Of a stretch of DNA of 64,000 nucleotides, positions 24,255-40,122 are shown one piece after another; positions within the stretch are counted from its first letter, which is position 1; the number at the start of each line of letters is the position of its first letter. The stretch lies in the NCBI RefSeq assembly GCF_009914755.1, contig NC_060929.1; one strand, given 5' to 3'. Below the pieces are notes generated by a model. That model made no database searches and was not told where the DNA came from. It saw only the letters and a list, made by a program, of their open reading frames with translations. This DNA is from the human T2T-CHM13v2.0 reference genome, Homo sapiens. The position numbers were made by a program, and so were the translations under genes.

Positions 24255-25654
24255 TTTTATGTTACAAGTCATTTCTCTCATGAAGCTTTCAAATTCTCTT
24301 TTTGTGTTTGGCTTTAAAGAGTTTGTAATGTGCCTTGTGGATCTCTGAGTTCATCTTACTTGAAGTTCATTGAGCTTCTTGGGTGTTTATATTCATATAT
24401 TTTATCAAATTTGAGAAGTTTTCAGCCATTATTTTTCCAAATATTCTCTTTTCTTTTATCTCTCTTTCCTTCTGGAACTACCATAATGCACATGTTGATT
24501 TGCTTAATGGTACCCTACGAGTTTCTTAGGCTCTGTTCACTTTTCTTTAATCTTTTTTCTTTCTGTTTCTCAGACTTGATCATTTCAATTATCCTATCTT
24601 CAGGTTCACTGATTCTTTATTCTGCCTGCTGAAATCTGTCTTTGAATCTCCTTAGTCAATTTTTTATTTCAATTATTGTGTTTTCAGCTCTTTTTGGTCC
24701 TTTTTTTATTTCTTTATTGACATTTCTATTTTGTTAATACATTTTTCTCTGATCTTTGTGGACATATTCCTTTGATTCTTGAAGCAACTTTAAGACATTT
24801 TAAAGTCATTGTCTAGAAGATCTACAATCAGGTCTTTTTCATGGCTGGTATCTGTTGACTTATTTTTTTCCTTTGAATGGGCCATATTTCCCTCTTTCTT
24901 GATATGCTTTTTAATTTTTTGTTGAAAATGGGGCATTTGAATCAAATCATCTGATAATTCTGGAAATCATATTTTCCCCTTCTCAAGATTGCTATATTTT
25001 GTTATTCTTTTTTGTTTATTGTTTTCTTTTGTTCTTAATTGTTGCAGTCTTCTCTGTGCTCAGAATTAGACTGACTTCTAAACTTAAGGTATTCTCAAGG
25101 TCTTTTCTGAGCCTGAATCTTTCCCTGGACATGCATGAGCACTTTTAATTTTTTCCCCTTATATTCAATTGCTTTCTGATGGCCCAATCTTTAATGTATG
25201 GTGCTCTAAAAGGAAAAAAAGAGAATAATGAAAGTAGAGAAGAGTGCTGGCCCTTTAAATCTCCTGGAAGTAATGTTAGCAGAAGGGAGGGGCTTTAACA
25301 ATGGAGGGATGTGCAAAAGCAATGGCCACTCACACCTTTGTTGCCACCTCTGTGATCAAATGCAACAATAAGCAACCACAGCACAGATCCTTGATATTTG
25401 GAGAACACATTATTTTTTTTGCTTACCCTGGCTCCTACAACCTTTTAGTGAACTGCTCTCAGCACTCATGCACAGCTGCCTGTCATAAAATTAACCACAA
25501 TTTGCTGTCCAAGTCTTTCCCTGGAAGTTACAAGCCTTCAATAGAACCCAGAGTTACAAAAAATTATATGAGACTGATTTTTCCAGTGTAATTATTGTTC
25601 AGATATGGAGACAGATTTTTGGTGCTTCCTACTGTGCCATCTTCCCAGCTCCAC

Positions 25655-25820
25655 AATATACATTTACTTCTCAAAACAATTAGATGAGAGACAGATATGG
25701 AAATTGAGGAAAAGAAGTGCTCAATAGATTGACCAAGATTTCATATTTGGCTGTAGAGCTGGGATTTAAATCTAGCAGGTCTGATTCCTGAACCCACACT
25801 CTTAACCACCATGCTATACA
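25655..25820 (-). mobile_element. MIR fragment
   Basis: cagatatggaaattgagg...agagctgggatttaaatctagcaggtctgattcctgaacccacactcttaaccaccatgct. Confidence 0.7.
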
Positions 25821-27519
25821 ACCTCTCTCTGTGACTCTTCATGTCCTCTGTGGCCCTCTATGATGATATACTTTACACTGTATTAATAAGTACTAGAAAA
25901 CTGAAGTTACATTCATACTTTTAATTGTATACATTTTAATTGCACACTTGTATTTTAAAAGACTGTACAAAAATGCTTAGTGACTATTTCAAAGTCTGGC
26001 TGTCAAGGCTATAGGAAATTTTCATTCAATTGAGCAATGAGTCTTTCTCGTTAAGAATATGGAAGTTGTGAAATCTGTTTATTTTCTCTTTTCTTTGAAT
26101 CTTTTCATGTGTCAGCTGTAATGCTGTTTGAATCAAAGACATTTGATTACCATCTATGTTCTTCCCCTAAACTGAATGGAGAGCTTTGAGGAAGATTGGC
26201 AGGCTTGCATAATGGACTATTTTGACATTTGCAAAGTATTGCAACAGGAAAGAACTTACAACTCCTCTGCTCTATGGTTGTCAAAGCACAATTCAGTGCC
26301 AGACTTGGCAGGGGTTTCAGAGCTTTTTGCTTCACCAAGTATTGGTTCCCTAAAAAGTCCAAGCCATCATCTCGTTCTATTCTACAAAGGCAGCACCATT
26401 GGATAGATAGTATAAAAGTCTATAATAGTTGTTCCTCCATGTGAAAAAGATCCCCCTTTTTCTAAGTGCTTTTAGCAGAAAATAATATATATATATATAT
26501 ATTCATTGGATAGGAGAAAAAAAGGCAATTCAGCCTTTTTGTAATTTACCCATCCCTCCTTAGTGGAACTATCACTTGATTTAGTATGAAAGTGTTAGGG
26601 GTGAGAAGACAGGAAAATCATATGATGTAACATTCATTCTTCCCCATTTTCTCAGCAGTTACACTAGTGGTGCTTCTTAATTTTAAGACTTTTCTGCTGC
26701 TTCATACCTGATAACAAATTGTATTATCAAAGCCTGTCACAAAAAAATTCTGTGAAATTTTAAATGCCAACTCCATAAGCTATATAAAGTTTTTCCAGTT
26801 TAGATATCAATGTGATAAATTATACTGTCAAACACTTTTTAATACTTGATGACATAAATAGCTTTGAAAAACTGATGATTTAGGATTAATTACCTCCAAG
26901 TTCTCTTGACTAGCACAATATTCCTAACTAGTTCATTTTCAGAAAAAGTATTTCTCCAATGCATTAGAAAAAATTGCTCCCCACATTCTACTCCAGGCCA
27001 TAATAGGAAGTAGAAAAATCCTGTAGATCCAAAATAAGAAAGGTTATAAGGCAAAATTTCTACAAACATATTGCCAACATGTATATCTGAATGTTGAACA
27101 AAGCCTCTTTCCTTATAGATGGAAGCACACTGTTCTCGCTATTTTTGTAGATCCACCTCAATGAATAACAGCAAAATATCTTATCCAGATAAAAGATATG
27201 TTTTCTAAATATTGAATGATGAATGGCCTATAGTCCATCATGTGTTCCCTCCTAGAGAAGGTAACCAGCCAAGGGAAATATTTCATTCCTCAGAGTCTAA
27301 ACAAAACGTGGAAAAAAATCACCATGAATGGTGGGAATCCAGCAGAAGACAGAGAACTGGGAGAACAACAGTGCTAGGAAACAGAAGATTTTAAGAAATG
27401 AAAAAATAAGTTGGTCATCCGACAATGTAGTCTGAGTTAGTTGCTAGGGATTGAATCCAATACAATAGTTTAGATCTTAAATATATTTGAAATATTTCTC
27501 CAGATCAAAATATGCTGGG

Positions 27520-27874
<355 letters not shown>

Positions 27875-30721
27875 TAGGCAAATGCATTAAATGCACACAT
27901 TATTTTGATGGATTCTTAAAGTATTATTATATATTATAAGAATCACATGACTGGAGTAAGAAGAATTGAGATCCTAGAACTTTGTCCTGAGCTGGTTATT
28001 AATATATGAGGATTTCAATAATAAATGAGTATACTGCTGTCTATCTCAAAGGGGAGTTGTGAATATTAAGTGGGAGAGACTAGGCAAAAGGTGCCCAACA
28101 GAGAAATAGCTAATAGGAAACTCTTGATACACTTTTGTGCCCCTTCCCTGCCCTATTATTAATAATGCCACATTATAAACGTTAAGTATTTTAATGGCAC
28201 ATATTTTAAGTACATTGCTTCTGATACTATTCTATGCAGAGGGAAAGAGCTTAGTAAAAATGGAAAGAAAAAATATTCATACATTTGTGGCTGTTTCTCT
28301 GAGCCAAATGGCTTAAGCAGGTGACTCATAACTGTGAGACTACTTAATATTAATGGTGTCAGTGTCCTGATAATAATAAACCTACAGTTGATTAAGAAAG
28401 TTATATGTGCACAAAAGGTCTACGTGGTATTTGTTGTACAAGTTTAGAAATTCAATTTCTATCTTTCCCTCATGACAAATCTTTTTTTATATATAGAGAT
28501 GTGACTTAAACTCACTCAAAAGTAGGTTCTATATTTTCTTCTAATAGTGGCTTCATAACAGCTTGTGAAGGTAGCAAGTTGAGATGCCAAATTGCATTGT
28601 TTAATATAAAAGAGATGATTTGATCTAAAAAGGTACACATTGTCAATCAGTGTAGTTTTTAGAGAAATTCAGGCCCCACTAAAATGAATGAATTTTAAAA
28701 TGTTCACTTGACTACTGTGAAGAAATTTACCTGTAGAACATAATTTTTAGCTTTTTAAATTTTAAATGTTGGAGAGCATCACCAAACTCTTCTTATAGCC
28801 AGCAAGTTGATCTGATGCATAAGTCTGCCTCTAGGTCAAGATATTAAAACCACATCAGTATAAAGAATGTTTATGTTATTATTTTCTATACAATGCCAAT
28901 TAAGCTAATTGTCTATGAGGTTGTTGATGTACAACTTGAAAAGGAAGATACTAGAACATAGTCCAGTTTTACACAGTTTAGAATTTGTAGTAATGTTAGA
29001 CATCTCTTGAAGATGTTTAAGCAGCTGGGATTATCTAACAATTATACATTAATGAACTCCTATTTAAAGGATTCAGGATAGATAAGGGTGATCAATAATA
29101 TGGTAGTTTTTCATTTATTTTATAGGTTAAATACTATGGAATAAAAATATTAATGATAGCTATAACTTATAAATTTACCATAGGTCAGGCATTGTGTTGA
29201 GTTCTTTATGGGTATTATTCATTTAATATTTAACATATCCCTTTAAGAGATGGAGGACATTATTAATATTTTTAAACAGTGAAACTTAAGCTTGGATTAC
29301 AAAAGGAATTTGCCAAAATTTTACATTTCTAATTTAACTGGAATGCGGTATGTATACATTAAAATGGAAGGACTGTATACAAACCTAATTCCAGTACTAA
29401 TGGATTCTTAGGATAAGGAGCTTGTGTGTTTTAATGAATATCACCTTTTCCTCATCCCTCCCACTTTTACTGGCATGGAAACTGAGAACTAAATAACTCC
29501 TAAAATCCCATCATGAATCAGACAACTTACATCTAAATGCCTTTATGATTGGAGCCAAATCCTTCTCATTTTTGAAAGCGTATATCATTCTTTTGAGGCT
29601 GAGATATGTCAATTGCCATGAAAACATTTTTGACAGTAAAATCAATTATGCTCTGAAAATGTTTAAAATGGTAGTAACAGAAGTTCTATCAAGACAACAT
29701 TTACAACATCAGAAAAAGAATACTCCTTATATATAATATTCTGGGAAGTTACCTCTGCTGTGAAATATTACAATACTCTCGTAAAAATTAAGAATTAAGT
29801 GAGCCTAAGAAAAGATTTAGGGAAACATAAATTAGATTTCTTTTTTGGTTTGTACCTGTTAAGATGCCATATACAATGCAAGTAACATCTTAAGTATTAA
29901 CAACGGAACTTTGTAGGCTAAAGGTATTTTCTGTAAATAATGTGTTCAGATCAATTAGCATCCCTAATGAAATATATACAGCAACCCTAAATGACATAAA
30001 CTGAAGTGTGCAAAAGCAGAGGAATGTAGATTTTCTGGGAGAAATTTAATAAATTTACTTTGGAACCATATCAAAACTTTTACCTTCTATGAGCAACATC
30101 TAAAATCATGTCAAATAGAATGACATTAGATATATTGTCTTTAATTGGGTTATTCTGTATTGAAAGGCTCTGGAAGAATAAACTTCTATAAATATACTTT
30201 TAAAGTATCTAATAGAGTGGCTTGTGCCAACATTTACATTAGGGACAATTAAAAAATAAGAAAGTTTGTTGGAACAGAAAAAAGGCAAGAAGATTTGTGT
30301 GAAAATGACCAAGGCTTTAATGGGAGTAATGAATTAAGAGAAAAATTGTCAAGGGTCTAGATATACCTGCGTAAGAAAACAGGATTTTAAAATTCTCTTC
30401 TTCATGTAATCCAGAAGTTAGAGAAAGAGATCAGATATGTGATACTTCTATAACAGACCACAAACCAACATATCCATTAAATCCTAATATAGAGCATCTG
30501 TTTTTAGAGTTGTGGCAACAGAGGATACAAAGGTCTTTAGGGCGAAGATGAAGGAAGGATGAATAAAGGGGAAACAAAAGGAAAATGGGGAGGAATTAGA
30601 AGGGGATTAGCCAGGAGGAGGAGAAGAGGTAGAAGAAGAGAAGGAGGAAGAAAGTAGGGGAGAGGTATTTTGAGAGCACCAAGCTAAATAAGGGTTCCAG
30701 GACCAGAGTGGCTAGCAACCC

Positions 30722-31395
30722 TGTCCTAATGGAAAATGAAGGGGAGCTGGACATGGGTATTTTTATAGGGTACTTCTTTGACCTGGTGACTAGTTGTCCA
30801 ACCAGTAACCAGGGGATCCCTCACATGAGATAACCGCTTATACTGGGAGATGCCCTTGTGGCTCCTTTGGCCCATGTCTAGTTTATGCCAGGCCGACCAT
30901 TGCTCGGGCACTGTGAGTCCAACCTTTTATTCTCCCTTGGGGCAGATGGAAGGTACAAATTCAATACACTGTCACAATAGAAAATAACTCCAAAGACTTT
31001 TTTACTTACAGATCCTGGGCAAGGCGGGCATGAGTCAGGAGGGCAGACTTCCTTCCTGAGTCGCACAAGGCAGAAATGAAGGGTCAAGCAGAAACAGAGA
31101 TAAGTGGCAACTAGAGGTATATATGAGGGAACAGAGCTTGGGTCACTTTAAGTTTGTGGGCAAATGCCTCAGAGTTTCCTCTAAAGAAAGGGGCCAGAAA
31201 GGGAGAGCCCAGTCTACTAGGCTAGGCAGAAGAGATGGATCTGAGTTATCTCTGGCCACTGGCTTGAGCTACTTGGGTAAGATATAGAATTGGAAACTGT
31301 GTCAAGCATGACTGAGCCTTGCTTCTAGTATAAGAAAGTTAAACTGGTATTCAAAATGGATACTGAGGCAACATCAAATTATAAGGTTTCACTAT
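30722..31395 (-). mobile_element. MER54-like ERVL LTR
   Basis: ggaaactgtgtcaagcatgactgagcc...gaaagttaaactggtattcaaaatggatactgaggcaacatcaaattataag..ttcactat resembles the reverse of the MER54 5' end. Left boundary approximate. Confidence 0.7.
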
Positions 31396-31955
31396 GACAC
31401 GGAAAAGTGACACAAAAGGAAAATACTTCCTCTTGCAAAAGTAATCCAATTATATTCTTTACGTACTGCTGCAAATTAAAAAAAAAAGTTGTATTTACTT
31501 CAGAATAGTCATGACTCTCATGTACTGCCTCAGTTTCTTTCCGCTTTAATCATCTTGTCATCTCTCCATTCCCTGATACCCCAAGATATCTTGATGTTAC
31601 TTCAGGTCATTTTCCTCTTTCTCTTCTTTAAACATCATAGAATTTACTTTTCTTTGTCTTTTTATTTTTTGGTTGGTCTTTTTGCTCATGCACTGTAACA
31701 TAACAAGTTAAAATAAAATTATATATAAAAATAATTGTAAATAAAATTAAATGCCAAAGGAAACCTTGCAGGAAATATTTACTTTACATATAATAGACCA
31801 AAAGTCAATATCTTTAATACATTAAGGGATTATTCACACAAAGAGAAAAAATCTAGACAAAAAGGAAAAATGCCATCTAGAAGAAAAAACATGGTCCGAC
31901 GATGAAAGAAAGAAATATCCAGTAAATATACCAAAATATTTAACTTGTATAGTAA

Positions 31956-32246
<291 letters not shown>

Positions 32247-32960
32247 ATGTAGGTACTTAATCAATATGCAGAGACCTATAGAAAATATGAAGAAATGAGA
32301 AAATTTCTTCAATTAACACTATAATAATGCTCTATCATTGTCATCTATTAAACTGTAAATTGAAGGAATATTTACACTTGATTAGCAATTTCTCTTTTAG
32401 GAATCAACTTTAAGGAAATTAAGAGAAAAGAATATAAAGTACGTTGATTACAATTATACTTTTAATGGTGTAAACCCGAAGGCTTTTTAAAATCTCTCCA
32501 AAGAGAAATGTGGTTAATTATATGAATGGGTATGTATATAGAGATATACATTAATGTATGTCAACAATGTTTTTAGATAATAACATTATTGATGGGTCTT
32601 ACATTATTTTTATGTTTTCATATCTTAAAAATTTGTATAATATGTCTGCTGTACTTACACTCAATATATTTGCCAACTTCTACATAATTTTCTCTAAATT
32701 GCATTATTTATTCTTCAAGATTTCCCACTGTGCATTTTAACCCATTAATGTGTATAAGCAATTATACCAACTTTAGCTACTTTTGCCATTCCTCTTCAAA
32801 CATGCACAGATACATGTATTTTGGCTGTATAATGGGAAACTCCCTCAAAGCAAGTTAATCAGTAAGGAAATATATGGGCTCATATGACTGGTAAGTTCAA
32901 GGGTGCGCCTAGTACTGTTTACCTAAGGTTAGACTCATGTCATTGAAAATTAAGCTTCCT

Positions 32961-33412
<452 letters not shown>

Positions 33413-36400
33413 TTAAATTCTAGATTAAGAATTTTGATTGGTTCCATTAAGTCATATACACTTAGAACTCTGATTCACTAGTGTGGCTCTATTGACCTCT
33501 CTTTGGCAGAAGAAGAAGAGCTCCTTAATTGACAACCCTGCTAGAGGGAGGAGGAGGTCCCAGTAATAACATGAATTTATTGTTAGCAGTTCAGCAAAAA
33601 TACAGTTTTCAAGTACAGTATACAAATATTCTTCTAATTCTTTCCCCAAATGTATTTTTTACCTTAATCTCTTTTTTTGCCTTCTTCTATCTAATTTATA
33701 CCATAATTTTACAGACGTTTTAAATCATATTTAATTGCATATTTGGATGGGCTCTTTCTTGCTGCATTTTTATGTATTTTGAGAAATGGCTCAATTCTTC
33801 ATATTTTGTATAGGTCTCTGCATATTGATTAAGTACCTACATTGCAGTAAAATCATAAACCATGTCTGATATTAACACTGGTCAGAAATGTTGCCTTTTT
33901 GTGGGGAACTACTTTTATTTTAAAAAGTGGGATCACATTGATCCCAGAAATAGAGGGAACTAATGTCCATCATTCCATTCTTCCTTTAATGCCACTGACC
34001 TATCCTTGGTCCCAAGGACAGGACTTCTTTGAGGTTGTTTCCTTGTATACTAGGCCTCATATCCTTTAGCTTACTTATTTGTCTTAATTGAAATAAATTA
34101 TGTTTTATTAATTTTAAAAATTAATTTTTAATTGATAAATAAAACATTTTAAATATATAAATTTAAATTAATATGTTTATTTGCTTTATGAGTGGTATTA
34201 TAGAAAACAGTGTAAGTTGAACACTAAAAGACTTACTGAGGCAACCCTTTGGATTGTCCCTTTCTCTTCCCCTCTCATGCTCATTTTGAATTGTCAACAT
34301 TCTAATTCTTTCTAGTGTTCACTACATACTCTTTGGAATAGAGAGTGTATAACTCATACCACATTCTTAATGAAACTTGTATTCACAATGAGATTTTGTC
34401 ATAGTAATATTTATTTTACTATGAGATGTGCCTAGGAAGACAGCCGCTTTAGCTGTTAAGGTAAAACCCTGTAACTGAGGAGGGATACTGTGGTTGGCTA
34501 CAGCTTTCATATTTCTGGTTTTTACTTAGTTAAGAACATCACAATAATTTATACAGCTTTTGACACATGCATGTTGATTAATCTTACTCTCCAAATAAAC
34601 AATATTCCTGATGGAGAGGCAATAAAGAAGGTTGATTTATTCTTAAATATCAAATGTAGAGTCAACTGTCAATTAACTGTATTAATTACAGAGATTGAAC
34701 ATTAAAAATTCCCAGGTAATTTATAAGCATTGTTTTTGACAGATAATTGAAATCTATCCTCTGTTATTTATTCCATAACAGAAAGCAAAATTGAATGAGT
34801 TGAATTACATATTTTTAAATTTCTCTGTGCTAATGAAGGGAAAAAATGGGCAAAAGTCATTTAGCAGAAGGAAGGAGAAGTCAATGGCCTAGATAATTTA
34901 CAAACTTATAATCAACTCTCAAATAATCATGGGTTCACTGACTCTCTTCTGGAAAGTGATATAAGAGAAAAGAGTATCAATATTAAGTAATAGAACTGGA
35001 AAGTACATTTTAGAGGATATTTATTTCATAACTCATGTTAACTTTATTAGTTGTCTTTGAAGTCAATTACTTTAAACTTATATAAAAATTCAATAACAAC
35101 TTTTTTCAAGGGAGGGCCATATAAGAAAAGAAATTTGATATTGGATGTCTTGCCTTTAAGTGCCAATGAACACTAATGTGATATTTTACTTTAGGCACTT
35201 CAAGTAAACTTAACCTACTGAACCTTCATTTGGTGTAAGTTCCTCTGATAATTACCAAGCAAAGGCACAAATAAATTATATTTTGAGAGAAATGTGTAAT
35301 TTGTTGTAGGGGGAAAAAGACTTGTTTATAAATAATTCTAATACAAGTTACTATAAAGCAATGTACTAAGGAACAATAAGAATTACTAATTACTTCTCAG
35401 AAGGAAAACAGTCACTCCTTCCTGGAGGAAGTAGTATTTAAAATGCTCCTAATGGGAAGGATTCCGAAATTTAGGGATCATGAAGAGGGACAGCCAAAAG
35501 GTAAATCAAGTAATGATAATAGAGTAATGGAGGAAGAAATTCTGAAGCCTTGATTAAGGGTTGTCATAAGTTTCAATAAACTACAGAAAATATGAAGTCA
35601 ATGAATGAAATTAAAGTTGGAAGAAAAAACAAGAGTTGAAGCCAATTCATGCAGGACTTGCAACATTGTGGACTTTAATGCGGATAACTGGATAACCTGG
35701 GAAAAAGAGCTGCCTTTGAAGTGAGAACATGATTTCACCTTAGATTTGCACCTGATGAGCTGTGTAAGCAACCTAACTACTCTGTGTTTACGTTTGCTCA
35801 TCTACAGGATTATAATAATACTTCTTGTATTAGCAGCAAGCCTGGAAACTCTACAAGTAAGGGATCTACAGCACTGTCTGCACTGGATAGGTATTGCCTG
35901 CTCTGCAAAATACAGGGAGTCATGATCTAGGATTACTATAGAAAAGTACAAGGGTATCATTGTGGAAAAGTAGTTTGGATAAACTGATATTAGAAGTGGA
36001 GAGACCAGATGGAATATTAAAGCAATACTCCTGAATTAGGTAAATGTGATCATGTGAATAGTGCAACTGATAGGGATGAAAAGAGCTTTGTAAATCGGAG
36101 GAAAATCTTGAATCTGGAAGCATCAGTTGGGCAGCTTTTCACTAATCATTCAGAAGAAGGTTTGTAGAAGGGTGCAAAAGTACCCTTTACCCCACTAAAA
36201 ATTACATAGGTGAGTCTAGGCGTGATGTTTTCCTGGTACTGAAGAGCATTTCTGGAAAGAGCATCAAAGTTCTTGAAGTTAAAATGTGGCATCCAGACAA
36301 TCTAAGTGGAAGAACAACAAAGTACATAAAGGATGTACATTGTTTTTACATTTATGAAAGAACACATTGATATTTGTTTAAATAACCAGTGTGCCACAAA

Positions 36401-37429
36401 AAATAAAAATTTTAAAGATGCAAAACTTTATGTTAACTGGCTTCTCTTTCAAAAACTATGACTTGCTTAGGCACCAGTATAACCAGCCATAGTAGTTCAT
36501 AGCAAAATCTGCGATCGGTAACTATCTATTAATCAAGTCTTCATATATAGTTACATAACAGTAGATGTAAATTTTACAATAGTTATGCTGATGCTGATAA
36601 CAATAACACTGTCAATAATAATATAAAAGTAATAATAAAAAGCCAATATGTATTTATTACTCATGACAAGATAGAAATTAAGAGGATAATGTTAATTTCC
36701 TCTGATTATAGGAGAGGAAATTCACTCCCAGAAAAGTTAAGTAACACTGAATGGTCATGCTACTAGAAAATGGCATTATATTTTACCCTAAGTCCATTCT
36801 TAAAATCCCCCATTTCCTACCACTCAGATTGGAACACAAGTTTCACACACAATTTGCATTTCTTGAGTGATGAAAAACCAGCCATGATAGGAAAAATAGT
36901 TAAAAGATAACTTATTTGATTACTGTATGCCTGTCTCTATGTCAGAGTCCTGGACAATTCCTACTATTTGAAATAGCTTAGGATATTTTATCACACTTTT
37001 TTAAGTTGTTCTCAGTCTAAACTTAGTAACTCTTATATCTTTGAATAACTGTATTAACCATTAATGAAACTGTATTGGAGATAAAATAATAGGAAGAAAA
37101 TGCTATAGGAAAGAGAAAAACCTGGGCAGCATTAGTTTTGTCATTTTCCATGCACAAATCAACTATAAGAAAAAAATATGATTCAAATCCCCACACAATA
37201 CAGATAAAGAAGAAAATAAAATGAAACAAAATATAACAACACTTTTTAAATAAAAGTTCTTCTAAATTTAGAAACACAAATATGAATGACATCAGATGTT
37301 TTTCTCTCAATTATTATACATTAGAGATAACTGAGCAACTTTTACAGATGTTTTAGAGTTAAAACCTGTCACTAAAGATGTCTGTATTGTCAGGATATCA
37401 TTTGGGAAGCATGAGAGGTATATCCCCAT

Positions 37430-39660
37430 GCGTATAAGAAATCAGAAAGTAGAATGCTCATGTATTTATCCAAAAACAAAATACTGAAAATGTATTAATG
37501 ATCCCTCAGAGATTGATGAAAATAATTAATTAAAAATAGAAATGCCACAATATGTTTTAAAAGAACACATTGAGAGAATCATGGCCAACAGCAAAAAACA
37601 AAGTCCAAATAATTGATAAAAACATGAGTTAAAACTTAAAACAAATGTAAAAATATTATTTAAATATTCAGTATCCAATGTTAAAGAATTTATTGCAGTT
37701 TGGAACAGAAATTTATTTTCAAAACTACAAAAATAGGTTGAATATTAAAGGAAGTGTCAATTTTATCTTGTTATGGGGATAGCATGTTCAATATTAAGAT
37801 TTATTTGAAATAGATAAGTTTCTTTAAAAATATAATTTAGCAAAAATGAAACAAGAGAAACATAATGTGAACAATTTATAACTATCAAAGAATTATTTAC
37901 AGAGAGTAAAGGTGAGATGAACATGCCTTCAGAAATATATCTACAAAGCCATTTAGAAACAAATGAAGGCAAGACTACATTAAAAAGGTGGGAAAATTTA
38001 TAAGACAAGTATAACTTTGGAATCAACTTTACGATGACATTACAGTTCAGGAAAATTACAAGCCAATTTCATTAATAACCACAGGTGCAAATCTGTACAC
38101 AAAATATTAACATATCAAATGCAAAAATTTATAAAATAAAAACTGATGTCACAAATTTGTATTTTCTCAGGAATAAAATATTAATTTAACATTTGAAAAT
38201 TAATCAAGGTGTTTTATCACATTAGCAGGACAAGGGTAAACTGATTAAATCAACCCAATAGTGTCATAAAAATCATTTGATGAAATCAATATCTATTTTT
38301 ATAGACAATTACTAAACTGGAAATAGAAGTCAATGTGATAGAAAGTAACTACAAAAAACATAACATTCATAAACAACATGCTTCTAAACATTACATTTGT
38401 TAATAGAATTTTGGACACTTCCTGTCATATGCTACATGAGATGAGAGAATTCCCATTTTTACTGTTCTCATGAAATATTTTAGGCAGTATAGTAAGGCAG
38501 GAAAAAGTGGTATAACAATTAAAAATGAATAAATAGAACTGTAAGTATGTACCATAAATATGATTATATACATTGCAAATATAAAAGAATATGTATACAT
38601 TATTAGAATATGTAAATTAAGCTATGTTATTTGTCATATCATTATATAAAACCATTTGTATATCTATAATCAGACACAATGGTGAGATAATACAATTATC
38701 AAAATTTTATGATTTACAAAAGCATTGGAAACGTAACGCACTTAGAAATATGTCTAATAAAAGGCAATATTAATAAATGCAAAGATGTGATATATCCACA
38801 GGTCGGATTGTCAGTTTTCCTTGAATTGATCTATAGATTAAATTTATTTCATTTAAAATCCCCAAATTGTACATCTGTGTGTGAATTGGCAAGCTGACTC
38901 TAAATTAGAGGAAAAGCAAGGGCCAAGAATACAAGTACTCTTTAAGCAGAATAATAAAATTGAAGGACATATATTATCATATACCATAATTTATTATAAA
39001 GCTACAATAATTAAAACAGTATAGTGGAGACTGAATATAGACAAATATAAAAATATAAAAATGTAACATAACTGAGAGTCCAGACTCTTCTTGATTTTTA
39101 AAAAGGTGGTATTGCAGAGCATTGATGCATTCTATTCAATCAAATACATTATCACAATTGGTTGGCCATATGAACAAAACATAAAAAGAAACCATGCCTT
39201 CCTTACGCCATTTCCCAGATAAATGCCAGGCAGATTGCAGTGTTAGAGTGTAGTTCTAAAATGTAAAACTAGACTGTTTCCAGAAAATAATATAGGAGAA
39301 TGTCTTTATGATCTTTTGGTGGGCAGTTTTCTTAAACATAACAGAAAAATACTGACTGTAAAGGAAAACCTTGGTAAATTGTTTCACATTAGATATAAGA
39401 ACTCTGTTTATCAAAAGAGTTTGAATAGCTACTAAGATTGTGAATAGCTAACCAGTGAGGTTATTTGCAATACACGTCACCAAGAAAGAGTTTATATCAA
39501 GAATATATAAGGAATTTCTACAAGAAGATATAAATAACCCAAAAGAAATATTGTCTTTCAACTTAAACTGGACCTTCACAAACAGAGATGGCTAATAAAT
39601 AAAGGAGAAATTTTTCAAATTCTTTCATGAGAATAAAAATTAAAAACATAAAAAGATAAC
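37430..39660 (+). mobile_element. Highly degenerate old L1 (L1M) ORF2 region
   Basis: A-rich, with L1 ORF2 motifs (caagccaatttcattaataaccacaggtgcaaat, aattgatctatagattaaat, ttataaagctacaataattaaaacagtatagt, tatttgcaatacac). Confidence 0.7.
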
Positions 39661-40122
39661 AGGTGTCATGATGTTTTTAGCTTATAGCTGAATATTTAAA
39701 TGTTGCTGGAAGCGATCTACCATCTTAAACTTTTTAAGATTTTATATCCAATTGCAGTCTTTTAACTTAACTTTCTAGTTGTGCTAAGTTTGGGAAGAAG
39801 AAGAAACAGATTAAAAATAAACTGTTCAAAGCAATGGAGATACTCCTGAGATGCGTAACTAGCCATTCCATGATTAAGACTGCTACCAGGCTTGATTCTA
39901 TAAAGAAATTTAAGTGATACTCACCTGCTTCAAACTGAAATATTCTTCTTACTTAGAAACACTTCTACGTTGTTGAGTAACATAGCCAAACTCCTAATAA
40001 CAATAAATATATCCCATTAAGTTAATTTTTTTCTCTAGGGATTATTTTGATACATTTCTTTCATGGGTAAGATATTAAGTTATTTTGGTCACTAGCAGTT
40101 TAGCAGGGATTTCTTAGAATAT

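Larger units (their letters stand above)
17564..25652 (-). mobile_element. Near full-length, degenerate old L1 (L1MB-type 3' end), interrupted by an MST LTR, an LTR12 and an inverted self-copy
   Basis: Poly-T at 17564, L1MB 3' UTR, ORF2 remnants (20081-20407 RDRHIDRRNRIESSEIKPHIYGQIIFCK; 22889-23146 SLFLSVITLNVNVLNYLIKRQ, the ORF2 start), ORF1 region, and 5' end ggtgcttcctactgtgccatcttcc. Confidence 0.85.

Noticed and set aside
32838-32853. aactccctcaaagcaa, similar to the BC200 3' unique domain
   Set aside because: Short, 29 kb from the BC200 copy, and within old MLT1-like sequence; most likely chance.
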